Assembly (NCBI RefSeq): GCF_003918875.1
Contig: NW_025767224.1
Location: 1,984,001-2,048,000, forward strand
Reading direction: 5' to 3'
Length of the DNA stretch: 64,000 nt
Origin: Haliotis rubra
Lineage: Eukaryota
Part shown: in pieces, positions 48,525-58,975 of the stretch
Position numbering within the stretch: the stretch's first letter is position 1
Layout: each line of letters begins with the position of its first letter
Notes under the pieces: generated by a model
The model's database searches: none
Seen by the model: only the letters and a program-made list of their open reading frames with translations
What the model was told of the DNA's origin: nothing
Program-made: the position numbers and the translations under genes

Positions 48525-50260
48525 TACTCTGCTATGGTATTCATATATAGTGTCATTGTATTATACTGCTATGGTAATTATAGTGTTACAATTATAGTGT
48601 CATTTTATGCATACTGCTATGGTAATGTGTCATTGCATTTATACTGCCATATGTATTATACTGCTGTGGTAATTATAGTGTCGTTGTATTATACTGCTGT
48701 GGTAATTATAGTGTCATTGTATTATACTGCTGTGGTAATTATAGTGTCATTGTATTATACTGCTATGGTAATTATAGTGTCATTGTATTATACTGCTATG
48801 GTAATTATAGTGTCGTTGTATTATACTGCTGTGGTAATTATAGTGTCGTTGTATTATACCGCTGCTATGGTAATTATAGTGTCATTGTATTATACTGCTA
48901 TGGTAATTATAGTGTCATTGTATTATACTGCTGTGGTAATTATAGTGTCATTGTATTATACTGCTATGGTAATTATAGTGTCGTTGTATTATACTGCTGT
49001 GGTAATTATAGTGTCGTTGTATTATACTGCTGTGGTAATTATAGTGTCATTGTATTATACTGCTATGGTAATTATAGTGTCGTTGTATTATACTGCTGTG
49101 GTAATTATAGTGTCGTTGTGTTATACTGCTGTGGTAATTATAGTGTCATTGTATTTATACTGCTATGGTAATTATAGTGTCACTATATTATACTGCTATG
49201 GTAATTATAGTGTCATTGTATTATACTGCTAAAGTAATTATAGTGTCATTGTATTTATACTGCTGTGGTAATTATAGTGTCATTGTATTATACTGCTATG
49301 GTAATTATAGTGTCGTTGTATTTATACTGCTGTGGTAATTATAGTGTCATTGTATTGTACTGCTATAGTAATTTTAGTGTCATTGTATTTATACTGCTAT
49401 GGTAATTATAGTGTCATTGTATTATACTGCTATGGTAATTATTGTGTCATTGCATTATACTGCTATGGTAATTATAGTGTCATTGTATTTATACTGCTAT
49501 GGTAATTATAGTGTCATTGCATTATACTGCTATAGTAATTATAGTGTCATTGTATTTATACTACTATGGTAATTATAGTGTAATTGTATCATACTGCTAT
49601 GGTAATTATAGTGTCGTTGTATTATACTGTTATGGTAATTATAGTGTTATTGTATTTATACTGTTATGGTAATTATAGTGTCATTGTATTATACTGCTAT
49701 GGTAATTATAGTGTGATTGTATTTATGCTGCTATGGTAATTATAGTGTCATTGTATTATACTGTTATGGTATTATAGTGTTATTGTATTATACTGCTATG
49801 GTAATTATAGTGTCATTGTATTATACTGCTATGGTAGTTATAGTGTTATTGTGTTTATACTGCTATGGTAATTATAGTGTCATTGTATTTATACAGCTGT
49901 GGTAATTGCAGTGCTCATTTATGCATAATGCTATGGTAACTGTTGTGTCATTGTATTATACTGCTATGGTATTTTTAGTGTCATTGTATTATACTGCTAT
50001 GGTAATTTTAGTGTCTTAGAATTCATAAATACTGCTGTGTTAATTGTAGTGTCATTTTATGCATACTGCTATTGTAATTATAGTGTCATTGTGTTTATAC
50101 TGCTATTGTAATTATAGTGTCATTGTATTTATAGTGCTGTGGTAATTGTAGTGTTATTGTATTTATAGTGCTGTGGTAATTGTAGTGTCATTGTATTTTA
50201 TAATTCTATGGTAATTGTAGTGTTATTGTATTTATACAGCTATGGTAATTATAGTGCCAT
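48525..50260. repeat. 33/34-bp AT-rich minisatellite
   Basis: Unit tatactgctatggtaattatagtgtcattgtat. Confidence 0.97.
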
Positions 50261-50889
50261 TGAATTTTATGCAGCTATTCTATTACTTTGGAATGATTTG
50301 TTTTGATTTGTAAACCTAATATATATATTAAACAACTATATTTACGTCTACTGCATGACGTACAGGTCCCGATGTAACACCCGTGTAACAGATGCCTCAC
50401 ATATGTTTGGCGGACTACCGATGGAAGGGAGATAACCGGAGAAGTGGAGAAAATGTAAAATCTTGATGGTGAGATCCTATGCTTAGCAGTTGCTGATACA
50501 GAGAGAAGGTTAATAATGTAGACTGGGCAGATGTTGTGGACCAGGGCGCAATGCTTTACCACATTATCTGGAATGAGAAACGAAGTTGTAAAACGCCCGA
50601 TTGAACTGACTTGATGATGTTGTTTTTGAAGAAGTAGATGGTATGTCATAATTGACTCTGTGACGTCAGATGTCTTCATTTTACTTTACGATGACAAGAT
50701 CAAGAAGAAATGGATGCTCTCAATCTTCTTCAAGATTGCAAGGTGTGCAGGTGTGTTGGTTGGCTTGCAGGTGTGTTGGTTGGCTTGCTATTATGTCATG
50801 AGAGGAAAGTGGGACCTCCTGATACAATGATGAGAAGTCAAGGTCGGGCACTTAGATCTGTTCTGGTCAAGAGCAGGTAACAAGGAGAG

Positions 50890-51040
50890 AGTAAGTGGGT
50901 TTAGTTTTCCGCCGCTTTTAGCAATATTCCAGCAATATCACGGCGGGGACACCAGAAATGAGCTTCACACACTGTACTCATGTTGGGAATCAAACCCGGG
51001 TTTTTGGCGTGACGAGCTAACGCTTTACCCACTAAACTAG
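50890..51040 (-). mobile_element. tRNA-derived SINE, family A
   Basis: Reverse complement of the family-A body and tail. Confidence 0.8.
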
Positions 51041-51561
51041 ACGACGTATCCAGGTCAGAATATGACCAAACCAGTTGTTTTATGTATTGAGTAATGGCGT
51101 TGAGGCCACAGTCTACATGATTAATGAAATTTGAACAATGAAAGTAAAATGAAATCTCAGGCACCGAATCTATTTCTGATATGAAGGAAATGACACAGTA
51201 TTGTGGCAGTTATTGTTTGGCAAATGTATCTCTCATTTAAGGAACATAGACAGTGATAGTACGATCATCGTACTGGAACTGGGTCCCTGGGGCGAGATAC
51301 AGACATCACATATATCTCATTCCTATTCAAAGATAATGATAGTTTTGTTTCAATAACAGGTTGCGACGCGTTTAAATATTTTAAAATGTTGTAGAACCTA
51401 TGCATGGTTACAACCCGTTCTTGTATTTCTGTAAAACAATAAAGAAATCAGTTTCTGTTAACGTGTTTTACAGTTGTGATCTTCTCCTATACGCCTTTCA
51501 TTCATCAAACGCATGGCACCATGACAGCACGTATGTAGGGGTCCAGCTACAAGAACCAAGT

Positions 51562-51747
51562 TGACGTCAAGGTCATGTGTGCAGTGAAGTTCAGGTCGGT
51601 TATGCAAGAGATAGGGACCGTCCACAGGATGTTATTGAGAACTGTTCCCCTTCCAACAGATGTCCCTGCTGCCGCTAGATATATAATCTGAGTAAATGAC
51701 GAGCACAGTACATTTACCCGTTCACTTTGCTTCAGAGAAAGGTAAGT
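51562..51747 (+). promoter_or_regulatory. Candidate promoter and non-coding exon 1 of the peptide-precursor gene
   Basis: TGACGTCA (51562-51569) overlapping TCAAGGTCA (51567-51575); TATATAA 51680-51686; Inr-like acagt at about 51707; donor AG|GTAAGT at 51742; acceptor tag at 52723, 8 nt before the ATG. Confidence 0.55.
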
Positions 51748-51785
51748 AGACATTTTTTTATTCATTAAGGGGCGTTATCATAACA

Positions 51786-52315
51786 GGGGCGTTGGGGTAG
51801 CCTAGTGGTTAAAGCATTGGCTCGTCACGCCGAAGATCCGGGTTCGATTCCCCACATGGGTACAATATGTGAACCCCATTTCTGGTGTTCCCCGCCGGAA
51901 TATTGCTAAAAGCGGCTTAAAACCATACACACTCACTCCATCATAACCAAACATATAGCCAGTTTGAAACACCAATTTGATCTTCATTTGTCATAAAATC
52001 ACAATTACGTATATATTGCAATACCTTGAGTATTGCATCACTTTGCGCTTTTTCGGTCGAATGTAATGTTGTGTTCACCCAATGAATTAGTTGTTTAGTG
52101 AATCCCACAAATGAAATTGGCCTCGGCATTTATATGCTAGAAATGGTGCTCTGCAATCCAAGAGAGCGAGTGAGTTAGACGCCGTGCTTAGCAATATTCC
52201 AGCAATATCACGGCAGGGGATAATACAGATGGGCTTCACACATTGTACCCATATGGGAAATCGAACCCGGGTCTTGACAAGCGAACGCCTTAACCACTAG
52301 GCTATCCCACCGCCC
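51786..52315. mobile_element. Two family-A SINEs in opposite orientation (51786-51938 +, 52163-52315 -)
   Basis: A/B boxes and tails; the second copy has TSD gcaatccaag (52153-52162 and 52316-52325). Confidence 0.85.
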
Positions 52316-52731
52316 GCAATCCAAGCGAATCATAAGGGGAGACTACAAACGTGTGAAAGTTCCGGACGATGCTATAATATCAATGATCTGCTGACTGTAT
52401 TTTCCCCCATGCGAGGCTATCACCGTTTTCATAGGTCCTGATTTGGTTATTTACAGGCCGCTGTGATATATAGTGCTTGAATATTGCTGACAAATCATAA
52501 ATACTATTGCCACAGAAATCACTCATGCCATTATATAAATACTGAAATGGAGTGAAGCGTCTCGGTCAAAATTTAATAACACTTATGTAGCAACGTAATT
52601 CACAAATGCCTTTAATATATAAAACGATGCATATGTGTCTCCAGGCACACGCTGTGTAAAATATAGCTAGGACACCCATTTACTCACTCACTGATTATTA
52701 ATGGCTACGTTTCGTTCATATAGGATTCAAG

Positions 52732-54154
52732 ATGTCAGTAATGGTCAGTCTTCTAACAGTACTTGTCTGCACTGCCAGTGCCCTACCGTTTCAACAAGGC
52801 ATTGTCATGACACGTGACTTCTGGAGCCATCTTAAACACGAAGTAGAAAATGTCGCACACCAGGTCGGACACGCTGTCGAGGGAGCTGTTGTTGCTAATC
52901 TCGCCAATTCTGCCTCTGCCATTCTTGGTCGAAAACGTGATGTCAACGATGAAAAGCGAGATTTCTGGAGCCATCTTAAACACGAAGTAGAAAATGCCGC
53001 ACACCAGGTCGGACACGCTGTCGAGGGAGCTGTCGTTGCTAATCTCGCCAATTCTGCCTCCGCCATTCTTGGTCGAAAACGTGATGTCAACGATGAAAAG
53101 CGAGACTTCTGGAGCCATCTTAAACACGAAGTAGAAAATGTCGCACACCAGGTCGGACACGCTGTCGAGGGAGCTGTCGTTGCTAATCTCGCCAATTCTG
53201 CCTCCGCCATTCTTGGTCGAAAACGTGATGTCAACGATGAAAAGCGAGACTTCTGGAGCCATCTTAAACACGAAGTAGAAAATGTCGCACACCAGGTCGG
53301 ACACGCTGTCGAGGGAGCTGTCGTTGCTAATCTCGCCAATTCTGCCTCCGCCATTCTTGGTCGAAAACGTGATGTCAACGATGAAAAGCGAGACTTCTGG
53401 AGCCATCTTAAACACGAAGTAGAAAATGTCGCACACCAGGTCGGACACGCTGTCGAGGGAGCTGTCGTTGCTAATCTCGCCAATTCTGCCTCCGCCATTC
53501 TTGGTCGAAAACGTGCCAACGATGAAAAGCGAGACTTCTGCCATTCACGAAGTTGTCGCACACCAGGTCGGAAAGGGAGCTGTCGTTGCTATCTCGCCAA
53601 TCAACGATGTCAACGATGAAAAGCGAGACTTCTGGAGCCATCTTAAACACGAAGTAGAAAATGTCGCACACCAGGTCGGACACGCTGTCGAGGGAGCTGT
53701 CGTTGCTAATCTCGCCAATTCTGCCTCCGCTATTCTTGGTCGAAAACGAGATGTCAACGTTAAAAAGCGAGACTTCTGGAGCAATGAAAAGCAGGAATTC
53801 GAAAACGTCGGTCATCAGTTTGGGCAGATGTCTGAAGGTTCAGCTGTCATTTCAAACACTGGAACAGCAGGGTTTGAGAAACGCGACATTGCAGAAACAA
53901 TGAAGACGTTCTGGGAATGTTTGAAAGATGACTTCCTTGATATCGTCCATGAGGTTGAGGATGTGCTTGAGAACGAACTGCTAAAGACTGAGACAGGTGG
54001 TGTCGAAGACAAGAGAGATGCAGCGAACATTAACGACACAATGGCGGAATTGGCTGCTTTCAGAAAGGATTTTGTAACATGGCTGAATGAGATGTTGTAC
54101 TCAGATCAACACATGAACACAGCGAACATGGGAACTCAGACTAACGCACAATGA
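52732..54154 (+). CDS. Multi-copy secreted peptide precursor (37-aa His-rich amphipathic amidated peptide repeats); one frameshift near 53540
   Basis: Signal peptide MSVMVSLLTVLVCTASA; 144-bp units at 52816, 52960, 53104, 53248, 53392 and 53627 encode DFWSHLKHEVENVAHQVGHAVEGAVVANLANSASAIL-G-RKR-DVNDE-KR. A 94-bp damaged unit at 53533 shifts the frame. Divergent KR-delimited copies and an acidic tail follow to TGA 54154. Confidence 0.88.
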
Positions 54155-57129
54155 GCAAGTGAGTCAGCGTGTGTTAAATCTTTTACTCTTACATACATTT
54201 AAAACATAGTTACGATCGTGTTTTCTCCACAAGCGAGTAGTTATGGCCCTAGCGACCTAAGGCACTGTGCACGGTTCGTCGCCCCTTAATGTGCCAGTAT
54301 CCGCTACTTATCAGTTTCCCCAAATTTGATGACTGCATCTCTTTTGGTGATCTTTTGATCCTAGGTGTTAGATGACACGTAATGTACTAAAACACTGTTA
54401 TGTACAGAAAGTCATTATTGATATGTTTCAATTATGACTACGATTTGATTACCGAGAGGATGTATTTATTTTTTTATTATGAAAACAGCAACAACCAAAT
54501 ATGCAACATTAAAATTGCTATGATCTTTGTTTGAGAGAACAAATTATACATACTTAAGTGATTCGTACTTTCGTTTTTCTTCTTGGCATATACTGCATTT
54601 GAACTTCTCTACCGGATATCTACAACTGAACCACTATTGACCAACCTGGTCCGTTTTGGTCTATCTGGCAATGCACGGAGTCAGACTCAGATTATCTACA
54701 TTAAACTAAACCCTCAATTTATATCAAAACATAAACCCACGAAGATCCGGGTTGCAGCTGGGCTTCATCAGTCAATGCTCATCGTAAAAGGCAACGAACA
54801 TGATCGGGTGGTCATCTAATTTAGCTGATGCATGTCATATTATATCATCTATGCTCATGAGGCAGTCATAAGATTGCCTGGTCGAAACACGATTATTTAG
54901 AGATCGCCGTCATATATTGTGATGTGTGGCATTAAGCAAAAGAAATATCATGACCAAACAGATACATGTGCGCATCTTGTAGCGACTTTCTAGGATCCGG
55001 GTCGCTCTGGTATTGGCAACAACGAGTTTAGTAGTTTACTGACTCACTGGATTCTTCTCCAGACATTTTACTTAAAGATACATTGTTTTTCGTTTCAGAT
55101 TGTGTTGCATCCGTGGAATCGACTGGACAGCATGTTGAACTCAGCGAAACCTTTGTCCAATTGTACACTGTAGCTGGTGGTGGCCTGATTAAAGCGAACA
55201 TCCCCAGGTTTATCGGGGTGTTTTAGAGAGAAGCACATCTGGCTCGTCTTGTGTTTTCTTACTAAACTGATTTTAAGGCATAATGTTTCCACTCTGCTGA
55301 AACGCAATATTCAAGTTTTTCATGTTGAGCTTCGTCGGGTTGTACAGAACCAGCATTCATATAGTATTGGCAGTTTTCCATGCAGTATTTCGAAACATAA
55401 TGGATCAACAGGTTTTCTTGACAGGGTTTTCGCGATCTTTACTATACATATCCCATAGAAATTTACCACAGAAAATCAGTGATAAGTCGAATCATATATA
55501 GTCTTTTTCTCTTAAATTGTTTGTGTTAATCTCTACTTGAAACTAAACTGAAGAACAGAAGAAAGTATAGGGGTTTGGCTTTATGTAAATGAAACTTGGA
55601 CGAATTGTTAAATTTTATCAGTTCATTCATACCATGACATTCATTCCTACAACAGTTTTGGAAAAAATACAAATTCTGTACATTTGTGCCGATTATTTAT
55701 TGATTTATATCTTTGTAAGCTTTGTAAAACCAAATTATGTTGAAGCATTCTCCGAGTGCGAATTAAACACTAGTACAGGCAGTTTTGTTTTCAATACATC
55801 GCTAATTGAAGATATGTTGGAAATTCAAACGTGATGAGATCACCTAAAAGCTATAGTTTCTGATGCCCTCGGTTTAATACCAGTTGTTGTGCAATGGTTT
55901 CTGAAACTCCAGAGAATAGCCTGTCGTTAGCATGTCGCTATTCTCCACAGAAACGGATTCCAATACGGCGTGATAGGAAAGCTATGAAATATGTTTGACA
56001 GGATGACTGAAAATCAGAATTGACACCAGGCCTTAGTGAAAACGATAAGCATATCCTGCTCTGCAAAAAGACTGTTAATGACAGCCTGTTCGCTGAAGTC
56101 TATATTTAAATTTGAAAAACGACCCAAAATGCTCCCATTCAGTTCCGGAATCAAATTTGTTCCGTTTGTTTAATTGAAATCATGTCTCAATTTTACTGCT
56201 CTATGCTGAAGAAGGAAAAGGTAAAATCCAGTATAACTTTGAATTCATTCAATTAGTTACATCTCAACGAAGGTGCCAGTACGAATAGGGAGGGAGGCTC
56301 GGAGTGGCCAGAGTCGGTGATGTCAAGCTTTGACATGTGAGCCCGATGACTTCCACGGACTTGAATACCAACGATAGAGGTTTAGGAAACGTCCAAATAC
56401 TTATATTACGCACTCGCACGATCGCACGCACGTACACACACGCACGCACGCGCGCGCACACACACACACACACATTAAACAGTACCACGACTATCAAACG
56501 CTAATCTTGATTAAAAGCGGATTATTTATCGCATGTGAACTTGTTGCCGGGTATAGTTTGCTGTAGACAGCTGTGTTATTGCTTTTGTCTGCAATAGTAA
56601 TTAAACATCACTTTCACAAACGCGTGTCGTGTTTCTTCATCAGTATGACTTCAGAATAAACACTGTGTGAAGTCCATTTCTGATGACCCAAACCGTGATA
56701 TTGCTGGAATATTGCTAAAAGGACTTAAAACTAAACTCACTCACTCACTAGAATAAACACGTGTGGCGAATTATATGGGTAAATGTGTTAGCATACATTT
56801 CTAAATTTGAGTTGGCAATCTTTATTTTTCCAATTAATAATCAAAATAGGGATTGAAAAGAAGTTTCGTATGTCGAAGAGTTGTCTATCTTAGCGTGTGC
56901 GTTGTTTGAAAATAGAAATATACCAGCCAGTGTCCCCATCGTTGTAATTCCGAGTATGTTTAACGCTTAAAGACGCTATTTGCTCTTTACTAAATATATC
57001 GTACATCCGTAAGTTTGCTTTAGTCGTCAGACAGAAAGGTTATGTAAGCATGAAGAAATATGTAAATGTGCACTGTATATCACTGGAGGAAACTCTGTGA
57101 CGGAATTAATAATTCTGTTATAAAGGTTG

Positions 57130-57803
57130 GGGGCGCTGGGGTAGCCTATAGTCTGTTTGCAGTGAAAACGTACCAATGAATTTTACTTTAAACAAAAAAG
57201 TAAATCAAATAAAGTGAAAGTAAGATTGCGAATCCTCATAATTTTACCTTGCCAATTTAACATTTAAATCTCAAAATTTTATTCATATTAGGATAAAAGT
57301 TGTTTAACAAACGATCATATATTCAAATCGCTATTACTGGTCTGCATTACAAGGGGGTAAGCGCAGTAGTTGGAACAGTGAAACAAATGCACGTGCGGTA
57401 CGCGAAGAGCGTTAACTTTTAACAACCCTTGTCGTTTTCGGTGTTTCGTTTGATGTGCACACCCCCTTGTAATACAAACCAATAATAGTCATGCGAGACT
57501 ATGATCGTTTGTTAAACAACTTTTATCCTAAGTCGAATAAAATTCTGAGATTTAAATGTTCAATTGGCAAGGTAAAATCATGAGGATTCGCAGTCTTAAT
57601 TTCACTTTATTTGCTTTACCTTTTGGTTTAAACTGACATTCATCGGTACGTTTTCACTGCAAACAGACTATAGTGGTTAAAGCTTTCGCTCGCCCGGATT
57701 CGATTCCCCACATGTATACAATGTTTGAAGCATATTTCTGGTGCCCCACGCTGTGATATTGCAGGAATATTGCTAAAAGCGACGTACACCTGAACTCACT
57801 CAC
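57130..57803 (+). mobile_element. Family-A SINE split by a foldback MITE
   Basis: Head ggggtagccta at 57138 resumes as gtggttaaagc at 57673; SINE TSD tataaaggttg at 57119-57129 and 57804-57814. Confidence 0.85.
57149..57670. mobile_element. TA-targeting foldback MITE with inverted arms of about 210 bp
   Basis: tagtctgtttgcagtgaaaacgtacc.. / ..ggtacgttttcactgcaaacagacta; the arms match inward to ttacaagggggt/acccccttgtaa; TA duplication. Confidence 0.9.
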
Positions 57804-58975
57804 TATAAAGGTTGACTTCTAATGTGGAAGAGTGTAACGTAAAGGTCTTCAGATTATCTCCCTTTGGCTGTGGAGTTTCTCCTCTCTACCAGAGAATGGT
57901 AGACAAACATGTTTGATGGTGGCTAAAAATGAAACATTCGCTACTCGACGGTGAGGTTGCTGATACAGGTTTCATAGTAATATTTTAGACCTTAACTTTA
58001 CAGTGTTTCAATCCAATAACCCTATCAGTTTTGGTCAAATCCCGTTTTGAAGTGTATACTTTCTTTTGGTTCACACAAAATGTTGATCATACATACCCTG
58101 GCAGCAGAGTTGTCTCCGTATCCAGGAACCACGAGTACAATGGATTCACCAGTTCCTGTCATACCTGTGACAACATGGTGTTACAGCTGCAGCAGTTCAG
58201 CTGTATCCGTGCTGGTGGAAGAGCCACACATACATGTCTGACAGCACATCTGTTATGTTGCATCAGCAGTCAACACGTGGTAGGACGTTGTAAACCGTCG
58301 CTGTGTCAAAACACTTTGTAACGTAAATGTCTTCAGATTATCTCCCTTTGGCTGTGTTTTTAAAACAGATGGCAATAGTATTTTCACGTTTTAGAATATT
58401 TACTCAGTGAACGCAAACACTCTATCACTATCACTTGTCAAAAATGAAACGGATGAAAAACCAAGACAGTATCTTGAACGGACTGTGTAAGATGTGTCGA
58501 ATCTAAACATGACAGCTGCCTGTGGTGAAGGTACTACCCTGGCCGCATGGAACTCTGGGTAGGACACTCGTGTAAAGAATCTAGTTTGCAGGATAGAAAC
58601 CAGTGGTTGAAAGCCTAAGCAACGATTCACTCCATCGGGTTACAATGACGCGCTAGGTCCCACATTGTAACCGTAGGTTTCTCATCACTCAAGGTCACCT
58701 GGGAGTTGTGATCTGACCAATGACCACGTTCTGCACTTTCAGAACTTTGAATTTTCTGGCTATCGTGGTAAGGGAGTCCACTATTGACCTCGAATGTCAT
58801 TAAAATATATAACAGTCATATTTACCTGATCTTGCTATATGTGACCATACGAACATACATGTATTTCATTTTCTGTTTGTGTAAGGGTTTAGTTTACAAC
58901 AATCAATCATACATGGACATACTTTAAGGGGGAGAGGATTGTTGTGTATACGTCGTCGTCAATAACGGCACGGTG

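Noticed and set aside
45226-49232. Long ORFs with 15-aa and 11-aa periodicity
   Set aside because: They are translations of 45-bp and 33-bp minisatellites, open in several frames and on both strands, with no splice or domain support.
51786-51938. tRNA genes at the A-box/B-box sequences
   Set aside because: They continue into a shared non-tRNA body and (actc)n tail, have TSDs and occur in many diverged copies, so they are SINEs.
52816-52926. Egg-laying hormone/CRF or calcitonin-type identity for the 37-mer
   Set aside because: Only length and amidation match. There is no N-terminal Cys ring and no LSI..L-type motif.
52783-53815. Antisense ORFs of 253, 256 and 114 aa over the peptide precursor
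   Set aside because: They are shadows of the 144-bp coding repeat. Only the + frame has a signal peptide and processing sites.
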